Counted from the first letter of the stretch, positions 1-10,590 are shown. The stretch is DNA of 61,858 bases from a virus (IMGVR_UViG_3300042901_000051:1-61858); one strand, 5' to 3'. Notes: generated by a model not told the origin, from the sequence alone. Program-made: numbers and translations.

Positions 1-3000
1 ATCACCAACAGCTATCGCCAAGTTTGCTAATGCGTAAACCTTTTGCTTGGAACGCTGGGCATCCGTTTGGAACTTCATAGCCACGTTAGCCTTTTCTTGC
101 TTAGTCGCTACTTCTAATGGGGCAAATCCAAAGGCTTGAAGCGCAGCATCGTAACCCGAAACATCTTCTACAATCGGATCACCACGCAGGGTGCGTGCGC
201 CCTCTTCCGTAAATCGATATGCTTTTGCAAAGTTTTTAAGAACAGAGGGCAGCATGGTCTCGACCCCACGGTAAAGTTTACCGTCATTAATTTGATCGAC
301 TCCACGCCCTACGTTTAAGAACATACCACCTACCGGGCCAGTTGCTACTTTTAGGGCATCCATAATTGCGCCTTCAGAATCCTCAGACTTAGATGCACCA
401 GCCCCAATTCCGGGGAAGAAACCTAGTAGCGGCATATCTCTAAAGCCAGTACGAGATGCAATATTTGCTCCGGTGAGAGATCCGGGGATACCAGAGACTA
501 AGAAATCTGGGAGGGTTTCCCTAACCTTCGTTGTAAAGTCATAGTATGGATCTTCGTCATCACCGATAGCGTTCATTATGGATTCGACCATCCAGTAGAA
601 CGGCATACCAATTACCCCTGACATGGCGGCTGAAGTACCAAGCAAACCAGCCAATCGGTTCTGTGCCAGCGAACGTTCTTCAGGCGTAAACTTGTTACGA
701 TTCATAACAATTTGCAAATTACGTCCGTACAGATAAAGCATCATTTGCAAGAACTTCTTGAACATAAGCAACACTTTGGCAGCAGGATGTTTAAACACCC
801 GTGGTGCATTCATGTCCGAATAGTCGCCTTGGGTTTCTACCACCGCATCGTTTGCGGCTTGGACAGCCTTATCGTAGTTCTTGGAACGATTGTACTCTAA
901 GCGGAATGCAGCCAACGCAGTTACTTCCCGGTTAAACCGTTCTGCATTTTGGAACATATAACCTAAAGCAAAGTTAACCTTCTTACCCACTTTCTCTAGC
1001 GGCGTAGCATTTTTTAACCCCGTCATGGTCTCAATATCGCCAACTTCTGTAGCCGCAGGAGGTATGACGTTTAAGTCATATAGTTCTTGTATGGCTTTCT
1101 TTTCAGTAGCCGACAAGTTATTGTTGGTTTTAATACTAAAGAATCCTTTACCACCGGATATTTCTCCGCCAAAGAAGTCTCTACCCGCCTTAACAAGTTC
1201 AGACATAGTCGGATTTAAGCCGTACTTGGGTGCTAGATAAGGTAGGGTTACGCCGGGAGTCTGAAGCAACTGCACCAAAGCGGCTGATGGGTTCGCACCC
1301 ATGTACCATGCAAATCCTAAATTACCGAGACGGGTTGCCCACGGGCTTATGGTTGGGTTTATAGCAGAGTCAAAATGCTTTTCTACTTCAGCAAGTACCC
1401 GCCCCAATTCATCATCCGGATCCTGTTTAATCTTAGCCTTCATAGTTTCAATGGCGTTGTCCATTTCGGACATATAGCGTGCCTTGGGCAGTTGATGCAC
1501 CACCCTGTCGGCTAACTCACCATAGTTGCGAAGTGCATCACGCTCGTAAGTAGGCGCACCTTTACGGTTTTGGAACTGCCGCATAAATGACTCTTCAGGC
1601 AAGTACATCAGAGTCATCTGATATAACTCGTCTTTGGCTTTAGGGTTAACCCTATTACGATCCAGCACTCGCTCTAATTGTTTGAAGAATCCTGCACGAG
1701 GGGCGCCTTTGGCTTTGAGTTCTTGGATAGATTCAAACTGTTTGACCCCGTAACCTTTGGCTTTCATCTGTTTAGCAAACTCATCAGCCTGTGCCTTGGT
1801 CTCAAACGAATACGGCAATACTTGATCTTCTGCTGTTTGGACATTGACCCAGTTATTGCCAAAGAACATTAGTGGTGCGTAGGGGCCTTTATCTTTAAAA
1901 GAATCAATCTTTTTATCAATCATGGCCTTGATTTCGGCCTTAGAGGCAGGGTCTGTTACATAACTTGTAGCCCGTGCAACCATTGAGTCTTTTATTTGGT
2001 CAAGGATAAAGTCATTATTCTTGCGGTACTTAGCGTAGAAATCTTTAACGTCTTGTGGGAACGCATTGTAAATATCCTGTAACCGCTTATGGTCGGCTTT
2101 AATTGCAGGGTCTTTGTAGTCTGAGTTAGGTTTTAGAACATCTACTTCAAGACGAGAACCCTCATTGATAACCTCGTAGATTTTATCTTTTAGATTCTTA
2201 TGTGCGTCAATGACTTTATAGAAGTCATTAAGAACGTCAGCGTATTTTTCCCGTAGGGCATTACGATACCCACCCATTTTTTGGGTGGCTTTGTAGTAAT
2301 CATTTAGTTCTTTTAACCTAGGATCAGAACCATAAATATCTCGAATTTGATTCATGGCTAGGAGAGGCAACATGCCTGTCTTTACTGCACGAGTAGCATC
2401 CGCCTTGCTTTTGATGACCGGAACATTTAATGCAGGATTGTTCTTGATGTCATCTAAGATTTTTATGATGTCAGCGGGTAGCGGGTCCCGCCCGTACTTT
2501 TTTGGGGTTGTAAACTCCGAAATACTAGTTTCGTTTGGCCTACCCTTCATTATAGAAGTTGGCGTGCTTTGCTGAATTAATTTGCTAAACTGATTTACAG
2601 TAAGATCAAAGACAGACTGTGAAGAATCGGGTAGATTAAGTGCCTGACGAACCAGTCGAGTAAAGAACTCATAGACGTTGCGAGCACCTTTAACTAACTT
2701 CTCAAACATATTTAGACGACGCTCATCAGCCTTACCGGGTTTATACTGCTTTATCCAATCTGTAAACTCTTTGGTTGATATCTTTTTAAGCGCAGATTTA
2801 AAATCTTCATCAGATAGGGCTTCTGCTACAAACTCTAAAGAATCTTTCATGCCGTACTGTTGCTTAAGACTCTTTAAAAGTTTTACATCACCCTGATTAC
2901 TTGAGATCTTGTCGTTAATGTAAAACTCCATAAACCTGTGCAAATCAATCAAACCTTGTGCAGAATCTTCCCAACGAGCACCTGTGCGTTTGTACTCGGG

Positions 3001-6000
3001 GTCTTGGATTTTACGTATTTGCCCAACGGTCAAAGAGTGAATAATTTCGTGCAGAGCAACATCGGGTAAATAAACATGATCTTTACCAATTATGATGCTA
3101 GATTCGCGGTTGCCTTTACTGTCGAATATATTGTAGAAGTAACTACCACTTCCTTCTGAAGGATTATAAAACACAGGTATTTTATCTAATTCAAATTTAG
3201 ATGCTTGGGTAGAAATGACTCTTGCCAACCTACCTGTATCTGAATTACCTTCATATTTGGCAATTAGTTTTAGTAACTCGTCTGTATCTAGAGTTGTGCT
3301 TTCTGCACGGGCTTTGTTTAGAAATGCATTAGCAAACCCTACATTTGGCTTATCTTCTAAGCGTTGTGCTCGTTCAGAAAAATAAACTTGTATGCCATAG
3401 GTATTGTCAAGGTAGTTAAGTGCCTCATCTAGCACCCGATCATCCATAGCAAACTTGCCAACTTCTTTTCGTTGGGCCGCACGTTGGGCGCGTAAGTCAG
3501 CAAGGGCACGCATGGTGGCATCTAAACCATACTCATCAACAGACTTCTTGACAGCTACTCCATTCTTCAAATCGTTGTAAGTCGAACCGGTAAGAATGTC
3601 GGTTACTTTAGCAATCTTAGTACCAGCAATCTTTTCGGCTTTACGCTGTTGCGCACCGGCTTGTGGGGTAATTACAAAGTCAGGGGCTGGTCCTTTAGCT
3701 TCAACATCGGCAGTAAACGTAAGGTACTTGACGTTAGCCAGAGTGCCAGATCCTGCAAACGAGGCTTTAGCGTCAGGGTATTTGACCCGGAAACTGCCAA
3801 ATAAGTCATCTATGTTGTAGCGTGCGGGAGCAATAATGGCAAACTTGTTATCACCACTACGCAAAATAGCGTATTGATACGCCGTATCAAACGGTGCCCA
3901 ATCATTAGTTTTTACAGTACGAGAAATCTTTTTGGTCAGTTTACCTTCGGCTTCTTCAAACTCTTTAGCAGTAAGTTTACGACTAAGTTTTTCGCCTTCA
4001 CCAAACGACCCATCAATCTTCTGCTGTAAGTTCTCTGCAACTTTGCTAGTGCGGGCTATATTTTTCATGACAGGTTGCAAATCTGCGCCCTTCATATCCG
4101 CTACACTTTGAATTAGTTGAGCCAACGGTTGTGGCTCCATTTTACGGATGTCTTCAAACGTCTGTACCCGAGTTTTCTCTTCTTCTTTAACCCGTTCTAT
4201 TTCTTCTTTTTGACGTTTTTCAGCAGCCTTTTGATCTGCTTCTTCCCGTTCAGCGGCTTCTTTTTCTTTCTTACTTTCAATATCTTGCCCACTTAAGCGA
4301 ACTAATTCATCTGTGTACAATTCTTTAAGTTGCTTAGGACTGATATCGTATAGTTTGGCAAGCCCTTCAAAATCTATATTGCCGTTAAGATCGGTATAGT
4401 CACGAACGTTTTGACGTAGTTCACGAATATCATCCTGAGATGCAATATCTCTATTGATTTTCATTACGGCAGTAAATGCCGCCCGAGTCTTAAGCGTAGT
4501 ATCTTCTTCAACGGCTTTAGCCGCCTGTTCCTTAGACTCCTTAGACTTTTCTTCTTGTGCTTTGCGTTCACGCTCTTGCCGTGCCTCAATTCGGGCGCTA
4601 TCTTCAGGAAACTGCTCTGCCTCACGACGAGCCTGTTTGCTAAGAACTTTAGTTGTAACTTCTCGCTGCGCAGTACGACCACGCATCTCAACTAATTTAC
4701 TAGCAAGACGACTACGTTCTTTTCTACTTAGGTTCTTTAAAAACCCTTCAGCCCGGGCAAAGGCTCGGTTTAGTGCAAGGGCAGCAGGGTCAGTTGCTTC
4801 AAATTGCGGCTGAATGCGACCCGGACCTTTGACCATAGAGAATAAAGTTGACAAGTCCTCGTCATATTGTGCTTGTTCATTGGGTGTTGCTTTGTCATTG
4901 TTAATCTTGCCACGCAACGGACGGATCCGGTCAATAAGAGTTTGCACATCTTCAAGTGTGCGACCCATAGGCAAACGGGTTTCTAATTCGGTGGCTACGC
5001 CTTCTTCCCGTGCAGCCTCACCAGCAGCCTCTTGTGCCTTGATCTTTCTGAATCTCTTTTCTTCTTCCTGCTCCGTAGGAGTAGGGAACATATCAGGTTG
5101 AACGGGTTGAAGTGCGTCGAATGCAAGTTGACCCTGCTCCAATGCAGGAAACAGCCGCAAGTTTTCTTGTGCTGCGTTATATGCTTGTTCAAGATTTGCT
5201 ATTCTTTTTTCTAATTCTGCAGCCTGCGCTTTTTTACCCCGCATTACACCTTCAGGTCCAAGGATGGCTGCATACTCACGACGGGCTTTATCTAACTCAC
5301 GACGAAAGTTCATGGCACGGTTGGTTAAATCCATCCGAACGCCTTCGGCAACTCCTTCATCGGTTAGGTTTTTGCCTTCGTATTGTTTAATCTTGTTGGC
5401 TGCAATACCAATAGATTGCAGACCTTCTCGGGTTAGTCCTTCTTGAACAGGCGTTTCAGGCAGTAAAGATGCTACACCAGCAGGCTCAAACAACTCGCCT
5501 TGAGCGGTTTCGGCAAAAGGCAACTCAGTCTGTGTTTCTGGGAACAACTGCATCTGACGAGCGGCTTCCTCGTCTTCAGGCATTTGACCTGCTTGCTCGG
5601 CAATCTTTTGGTTAACTACATCTAATAGAACCTCAGAACCGGGAACTTGGGTTCCCTGCCGAATGACTTGGTTACGTATATCAATTAGTTCCCCGATAGA
5701 GAACGGAATCTTATTAAGTTTGTCGGCAACCTTTGCCGCTGTAGCCTGAACTGCAATATCGGCTTGGGGCACCCCAGCCACAGAGGCTTGAGCGGCTACA
5801 TTTAACTGCCGAAGATCGTCTTCAAACTCAGCCCTTTGCCGGATAAATTCGGCTTCTTGGCTAGAGCCACGGGTAACTTCTGGGCCTTGAGTAGTAATAT
5901 CCCCGAACAAATCGGGCTGCGCTTCAGCAAAGACTTGAGCACCTGTCTCTGGGCTAGGCGGTATGGTTGGAGTTACGCCTAACGCTTTAAGTTCTTTTAC

Positions 6001-7446
6001 CCCTGCCTTGGTCGCTTTTTCTGCGGCTTCGCCTTCTTTGGCTTGTTGTTTTGCCAATCCTTGACGGGCTTCTATGTCTTTCTTAGCAATCTCAGCCTGT
6101 TCTTTAGCAATTTGTTGTATTGTCTTGGGTGCAGTGCTTGGAGCTGCAGGGGGTTGTACAGGTACACGCGCACGAAGTTCTTGTAGTTTACCCATCAAGT
6201 AGGCGTCTACGTCCTCGCCGTTGTAATTACGTACAACAAGTTCTTCAAATAGGTTTAACGGTTCCCCGGCAATCTGCTTATCAAGTACCTTCTCAATGGT
6301 TGAGATGTCATTAAACTTTTGGCGGCTACCAGATAGGTATTCCCCAAGTATTTTTTCAGCCTGCCCAAACTGATCTGGATCGGACAGGTTTTTATTAAGC
6401 AGTTTAGAAAATGTATTGTCAGCCTTCTTACCCCTAGCGATTCCAAGAGTCTCTAAATCTTCTTCAGAAATAACATTGATGCCTTGCTCTAATTGCTTGG
6501 CACGAATCTCTTGTCGTCTACGAGCAATCTTTTCTTCTTCCGTCAACTCGGGGGTAGCGGCCTCAGTAGCGATTTCTTCTGCTGCTTCTTCGGGTTTTTC
6601 CGCTGCAGCCCGTTTTTTCATGGCCCGACGGCCTATGGTTAAATCAAGCGCAGACTGAAGAATTGCACCGGCACCGAATCCGTAAGCGCCTTGCTCCCCT
6701 AAACCTTCAATAAGTTGTTGGTCGGGTTTATATAAGTTTTTGGAAATAAGGTTTTGCAAGAATCCTTGCGCTACTTCTTGGGCACCTTCTACGCCACCGG
6801 TAATTGCGGCGTTCCGTATTAACTGTAAACCCTGATTCATAATTGAACCGGGCATTAATTTCATTGCTCGACCAAACGCTAACTCAATAGGAATGGCTTC
6901 TGTAATACCGGTTGCACCACCATAAAGAGCAGCCTCAAGTCGAGTAGCAGGAGCCGCGCCAGCCTCCATTGCCCGTTCAATTTGTTCACCAGCCCCCGCA
7001 CCCATACCAGTAGCCAGAGGAGCACCGCGACCAATACCACGCGTAGCGGCAAGACCTAGTACAGAGCCAACTGCTTGACCTAATTTAGGAGCAACTTCGT
7101 AACCTTCGGTTGGCTTAAAGTATTCAGCCAGTGGTTCTTTTACGTATTTTTGAGTAAGGCCGGTAAGCCCACTTACAACAGGTTCAGCCCCGGGACCAAC
7201 ACCAAACTTCTGTTGTAAAACGTCTGCCGCTGTACCACCAACACCAATAGCAGCCTGCTCTAGCATTCCCCCAGCACCGGGGAGCAACTGTTTACCAAAT
7301 TCTTTTAACTGCCCAAACGCAGAAGTTTTAGGTTTAGGAGTCAGGAGACCCATCAAACGCCGGTCAATGTCGGCATAGATAGCATCATCAGGAGTGCCGT
7401 CTGGATAGGTAAGCCTGCCCAGTGCTGGATCTTCTACGATTCGCAT
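1..7446 (-). CDS. Giant polyvalent/ejection protein (>2482 aa, 3' end outside window) with zincin HExxH and a PLxRFG-like C-terminal region
   Basis: ATG at 7446 (MRIVEDPALGRLTYPDGTPDDAIY...) just after the 7450 stop. No stop seen in this frame, and the ORF track lists no closed ORF in it, consistent with running off the window. HEIIH at 3037-3051, GPYAPLMFFG at 1858-1887, WYMGANPSAALVQLLQTP and AERFNREVTALAAFRL. Confidence 0.85.
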   Translation of the reverse strand, partial: MRIVEDPALGRLTYPDGTPDDAIYADIDRRLMGLLTPKPKTSAFGQLKEFGKQLLPGAGGMLEQAAIGVGGTAADVLQQKFGVGPGAEPVVSGLTGLTQKYVKEPLAEYFKPTEGYEVAPKLGQAVGSVLGLAATRGIGRGAPLATGMGAGAGEQIERAMEAGAAPATRLEAALYGGATGITEAIPIELAFGRAMKLMPGSIMNQGLQLIRNAAITGGVEGAQEVAQGFLQNLISKNLYKPDQQLIEGLGEQGAYGFGAGAILQSALDLTIGRRAMKKRAAAEKPEEAAEEIATEAATPELTEEEKIARRRQEIRAKQLEQGINVISEEDLETLGIARGKKADNTFSKLLNKNLSDPDQFGQAEKILGEYLSGSRQKFNDISTIEKVLDKQIAGEPLNLFEELVVRNYNGEDVDAYLMGKLQELRARVPVQPPAAPSTAPKTIQQIAKEQAEIAKKDIEARQGLAKQQAKEGEAAEKATKAGVKELKALGVTPTIPPSPETGAQVFAEAQPDLFGDITTQGPEVTRGSSQEAEFIRQRAEFEDDLRQLNVAAQASVAGVPQADIAVQATAAKVADKLNKIPFSIGELIDIRNQVIRQGTQVPGSEVLLDVVNQKIAEQAGQMPEDEEAARQMQLFPETQTELPFAETAQGELFEPAGVASLLPETPVQEGLTREGLQSIGIAANKIKQYEGKNLTDEGVAEGVRMDLTNRAMNFRRELDKARREYAAILGPEGVMRGKKAQAAELEKRIANLEQAYNAAQENLRLFPALEQGQLAFDALQPVQPDMFPTPTEQEEEKRFRKIKAQEAAGEAAREEGVATELETRLPMGRTLEDVQTLIDRIRPLRGKINNDKATPNEQAQYDEDLSTLFSMVKGPGRIQPQFEATDPAALALNRAFARAEGFLKNLSRKERSRLASKLVEMRGRTAQREVTTKVLSKQARREAEQFPEDSARIEARQERERKAQEEKSKESKEQAAKAVEEDTTLKTRAAFTAVMKINRDIASQDDIRELRQNVRDYTDLNGNIDFEGLAKLYDISPKQLKELYTDELVRLSGQDIESKKEKEAAEREEADQKAAEKRQKEEIERVKEEEKTRVQTFEDIRKMEPQPLAQLIQSVADMKGADLQPVMKNIARTSKVAENLQQKIDGSFGEGEKLSRKLTAKEFEEAEGKLTKKISRTVKTNDWAPFDTAYQYAILRSGDNKFAIIAPARYNIDDLFGSFRVKYPDAKASFAGSGTLANVKYLTFTADVEAKGPAPDFVITPQAGAQQRKAEKIAGTKIAKVTDILTGSTYNDLKNGVAVKKSVDEYGLDATMRALADLRAQRAAQRKEVGKFAMDDRVLDEALNYLDNTYGIQVYFSERAQRLEDKPNVGFANAFLNKARAESTTLDTDELLKLIAKYEGNSDTGRLARVISTQASKFELDKIPVFYNPSEGSGSYFYNIFDSKGNRESSIIIGKDHVYLPDVALHEIIHSLTVGQIRKIQDPEYKRTGARWEDSAQGLIDLHRFMEFYINDKISSNQGDVKLLKSLKQQYGMKDSLEFVAEALSDEDFKSALKKISTKEFTDWIKQYKPGKADERRLNMFEKLVKGARNVYEFFTRLVRQALNLPDSSQSVFDLTVNQFSKLIQQSTPTSIMKGRPNETSISEFTTPKKYGRDPLPADIIKILDDIKNNPALNVPVIKSKADATRAVKTGMLPLLAMNQIRDIYGSDPRLKELNDYYKATQKMGGYRNALREKYADVLNDFYKVIDAHKNLKDKIYEVINEGSRLEVDVLKPNSDYKDPAIKADHKRLQDIYNAFPQDVKDFYAKYRKNNDFILDQIKDSMVARATSYVTDPASKAEIKAMIDKKIDSFKDKGPYAPLMFFGNNWVNVQTAEDQVLPYSFETKAQADEFAKQMKAKGYGVKQFESIQELKAKGAPRAGFFKQLERVLDRNRVNPKAKDELYQMTLMYLPEESFMRQFQNRKGAPTYERDALRNYGELADRVVHQLPKARYMSEMDNAIETMKAKIKQDPDDELGRVLAEVEKHFDSAINPTISPWATRLGNLGFAWYMGANPSAALVQLLQTPGVTLPYLAPKYGLNPTMSELVKAGRDFFGGEISGGKGFFSIKTNNNLSATEKKAIQELYDLNVIPPAATEVGDIETMTGLKNATPLEKVGKKVNFALGYMFQNAERFNREVTALAAFRLEYNRSKNYDKAVQAANDAVVETQGDYSDMNAPRVFKHPAAKVLLMFKKFLQMMLYLYGRNLQIVMNRNKFTPEERSLAQNRLAGLLGTSAAMSGVIGMPFYWMVESIMNAIGDDEDPYYDFTTKVRETLPDFLVSGIPGSLTGANIASRTGFRDMPLLGFFPGIGAGASKSEDSEGAIMDALKVATGPVGGMFLNVGRGVDQINDGKLYRGVETMLPSVLKNFAKAYRFTEEGARTLRGDPIVEDVSGYDAALQAFGFAPLEVATKQEKANVAMKFQTDAQRSKQKVYALANLAIAVGD

Positions 7447-7449
7447 AAT

Positions 7450-9159
7450 TTATTGTCCGGGAACGTCAGTAATCCTAGGTCGTTGCTGTCCACCTTGCCC
7501 AACAGCACCCTGAAGTATTGAATTAATAATTCGTTGCTGAACTTCAATTGGTTGGTCCCTAAATTCTTTCTTTAATTGTAAACCCGCAATTTGTTCTTTA
7601 GCCGCATCAACCATACCTTTAGCCATTACTCTATCTACATAACCCATTGTTGCAGCATAGGATACATCAGCTTTATACTTATCTAACATAGCCTGAGTAT
7701 AAATCTTCATACTATCAGCCCGAAGAGATGCTGCCTTATCAAACTTACCAAGTTCTTCGGCACGAATAGCCTTATCAAGATCCAACTGAGCAAGTTTAAA
7801 TTTATCAGCAGACTCACGTTCTGCTTTGTTGGCTTCTTTAATAGCCGAAGATTTACCTGCCATGGCTTTCATGGCTAGGGGGCTAAATGTTTCGGCTGCA
7901 CGGGCTGCAGCCTGCGCTAATCCCCGACCTTTAAGAAGTTGTGGGGCGGAAAGAGCCGCTCCTAATAATAATTCTTCTTTAAATGCTTCTTTAGCAGCCG
8001 TACGATCAGCCTCAGCACGTTCTTTACCTTCAGTACGAAACTTTTCAAGATCTGATTGGACATCTTTAAGAGACCTAAGACCTTGTTTATCTAGTTTTGC
8101 TTCATACATATTACGTTCGGCTATAAGGTCTTCAATACTCTTGGGTTTTAAATCAGCCAAATTAAATGGTAATGAAGGCAAACCAGACTTAGCAACACCG
8201 CTGGGACTGCCTGCAGGAGGTACAGCAGCAGGAGAAGGAGTAGGAGCGCCTTTATCCCGTGGAGACGGAGTCGTGAATCTAGAGTCCCCTGTAACACTAC
8301 GATCAATACCACCTTGTGTGCCTTGCATAGCAGCAATAGGATCAAGTTCAGCAGACGGAGTACCCTGATCTGTAGCCATCAAACGATCAACAAGCGGTTG
8401 TCCTAAAGCAGCAGTTGTAGTTAAAGCGGTGGCGTATGGATGCCTTGTAATAAGCCCCATACCCGGAATTTTAGCCACACGGCTTGCTAGTGAAGCAAGC
8501 CCCGGACGAGTAGTAGGACCAGCGGCGGCAGGAGTAGGTACAGCAGTAGCCCCGGGAACACCAGCAGGAATCTTACCCGGTGAACCAAACCTATCAGTTA
8601 CTTGTGGTGAAGCAGGTCCAATGCCAGGACCGGGTGTAGGTGCAGGTTTAATACCTGAACGCATCCGATTGCTTAATTCTTTTTGAGCCTCGGGGTCGCC
8701 CATCATTGCCATACGCTCAATGTCGCCAAAAGACAGACCTGCGTAACTAGCAAACGGAGCAACTGTACCTGCACCCCCAAACTGAAACCGTGCGACTCCG
8801 CCTTCGGCAAAACCATCACGTCCAGCTTCATCGTCAAAGTTCATAATACCCCCATTAACTGCTGTAACTGGAGCGTTTTGATTTTCCATTGCAGTTAATG
8901 CGCCTTCTACACCAGCAGCAGGTGGCGCCATCATGGCTTGTTGCTGTGGTTGAACTGCAGCCATTAAATCGTCTTTAACAGTAGTCTTAGGACCTTCTAC
9001 AGATTTAGGTGCAGCGCGAATAATATCTAGTAACGCCAGCATTTCGGGTAAGTCACGTTTGCGTTCGGCCTCACTATATTTAGCAAGCAAATCGTCCATG
9101 CCTACACCAAGATATGCTTTTTTACGTGTTTCAATGCCTCCCGGCAATCCTAGTTGCAT
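7450..9159 (-). CDS. Putative ejection (DNA transfer/internal virion) protein
   Basis: 569 aa, Ala/Gly/Pro-rich with helical C-terminus; position between tail genes and giant protein; FAEGG motif. Confidence 0.6.
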   Translation of the reverse strand: MQLGLPGGIETRKKAYLGVGMDDLLAKYSEAERKRDLPEMLALLDIIRAAPKSVEGPKTTVKDDLMAAVQPQQQAMMAPPAAGVEGALTAMENQNAPVTAVNGGIMNFDDEAGRDGFAEGGVARFQFGGAGTVAPFASYAGLSFGDIERMAMMGDPEAQKELSNRMRSGIKPAPTPGPGIGPASPQVTDRFGSPGKIPAGVPGATAVPTPAAAGPTTRPGLASLASRVAKIPGMGLITRHPYATALTTTAALGQPLVDRLMATDQGTPSAELDPIAAMQGTQGGIDRSVTGDSRFTTPSPRDKGAPTPSPAAVPPAGSPSGVAKSGLPSLPFNLADLKPKSIEDLIAERNMYEAKLDKQGLRSLKDVQSDLEKFRTEGKERAEADRTAAKEAFKEELLLGAALSAPQLLKGRGLAQAAARAAETFSPLAMKAMAGKSSAIKEANKAERESADKFKLAQLDLDKAIRAEELGKFDKAASLRADSMKIYTQAMLDKYKADVSYAATMGYVDRVMAKGMVDAAKEQIAGLQLKKEFRDQPIEVQQRIINSILQGAVGQGGQQRPRITDVPGQ

Positions 9160-9170
9160 AATATTACTCC

Positions 9171-10163
9171 TTATGAAGCGCCAAAGGCTTTTGATAAAGC
9201 CAGCGCAGGAATGCCATAACCCAAAACTTGTTGTGCAATATTAGGTTGTGCATTGTATTGTGAAGAAGTCGTATTAGCCTGTACCGGAAGTCCACGCAAC
9301 ATGGCGTTGTAAAACTCAAGTTGGCGATACGGATATTCGCGTTGTGCCAAAAAGTCTTGGTAGGATTGATCAAGCCTACGCTGCTCCATTTGTTGTTCTG
9401 CATTAGCAACCGATTGCTGTGCTTGCAGCCGTTGTAAGTCTGCAGCCTGCTCTTGAGTACCAAGTTTAGCCAGTTGTTCAGCGCCCTGTAAACCAAACTG
9501 ACCACCCTGAATACCTAACTGTGCTGCTTGCTGTTGACGTTGGACAGCCTGTGTATACGCGTCTTGCAAACCTTTAGTTTGAATATCAGTTAATTGTTGA
9601 CCTAAAGCCCTTTCGCGTTCGGTTTGTGCAAGTAACTGTCGTGCGCCCCCATACGTACCTTGGCGAACAGAGCCTAAGTTAGTTGCCTGCTGAATCATGC
9701 GTGCATCTTCAGCGGCTTTGCGTTTAGCTATATCAGTAACACTCTGTTGGTATGGAGACATATACTGCTGATATGCCATTGGATCCATACCTTGTTGAGC
9801 GGCCCCCATACCAAGACCAAGTGCTCCTTGAGTGCCTGCCTGTCCTTGGGCAAAACCTGTTGGGGTTTGCATCCCCATAGTTTCGCTAAAAACTCCTTGC
9901 TGACCGGGAGTAAACCCAGCAATACGTTCGGCACCATATGGTTGGTAGGCTTCTTGAGAGAGTGCTTCCCCTCGTTCAACCATCCGTGTGTAATATGGTT
10001 CAGCATACTCAGGCAGGTTAGTTGTATAGGTCGTAGACTCAGATGGACCACCACCACCGCCGCCGCTATCGTATAAGCAAATTTTGCCTACAGCGTTAGG
10101 TTTAAAGGCGTCTAAATTGCCCGGTATCCACCCGGCTTCTAGAGCCGCATAATTATTGCGCAT
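9171..10163 (-). CDS. Putative ejection/pilot protein
   Basis: Gln/Gly/Ala-rich, N-terminal poly-Gly tract, YMSPYQQSV motif, hydrophobic C-terminus; start could be 10169 or 10163. Confidence 0.65.
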   Translation of the reverse strand: MRNNYAALEAGWIPGNLDAFKPNAVGKICLYDSGGGGGGPSESTTYTTNLPEYAEPYYTRMVERGEALSQEAYQPYGAERIAGFTPGQQGVFSETMGMQTPTGFAQGQAGTQGALGLGMGAAQQGMDPMAYQQYMSPYQQSVTDIAKRKAAEDARMIQQATNLGSVRQGTYGGARQLLAQTERERALGQQLTDIQTKGLQDAYTQAVQRQQQAAQLGIQGGQFGLQGAEQLAKLGTQEQAADLQRLQAQQSVANAEQQMEQRRLDQSYQDFLAQREYPYRQLEFYNAMLRGLPVQANTTSSQYNAQPNIAQQVLGYGIPALALSKAFGAS

Positions 10164-10590
10164 ATTCAACCTCTTTACGTTTCATCCAACGTTCTGCTTC
10201 AGATTGTAAAATCCCATAAATCAACATATCTTTGTTGCCGTAACCTTGACGCATGATGCCTTCACATACAAATCCAATACTTTCTAGCATCCGACGGGCT
10301 TTCGTGTTTTCTGGTTGAGTACGGGCAGTTACACGAACACAGCCTAAATGGTTAAAAACAAAATCTGCTATTTCACCAATGATTCGTTTGTTTAGCCAAT
10401 ATTTAGCCCCATCACTTACACCACCAAAATATACGTTGGTGCCATCGTAATCAAATAAAATTACAGCACCCAATAACTTCTTTTCGTTACCAATACCAAT
10501 TGTGTAATACCATCGTGGTTTGCCATTTTTGACCGGCATTCTTTCAAGAATCCAATCAGAAAAGTCGCAACCGTGAATAGTTCTAAGCAT
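10153..10590 (-). CDS. GNAT-fold acetyltransferase-like protein in tail/ejection cluster
   Basis: FNHLGCVRVTARTQPENTKARRMLESIGFVCEG is typical of RimJ/RimL-type GNAT; same position as P22 gp14/T7 gp13-like genes. Confidence 0.8.
   Translation of the reverse strand: MLRTIHGCDFSDWILERMPVKNGKPRWYYTIGIGNEKKLLGAVILFDYDGTNVYFGGVSDGAKYWLNKRIIGEIADFVFNHLGCVRVTARTQPENTKARRMLESIGFVCEGIMRQGYGNKDMLIYGILQSEAERWMKRKEVEYAQ

Noticed and set aside
136-6658. Short ORFs on both strands in the track
   Set aside because: Shadows of the giant minus-strand frame 1-7446
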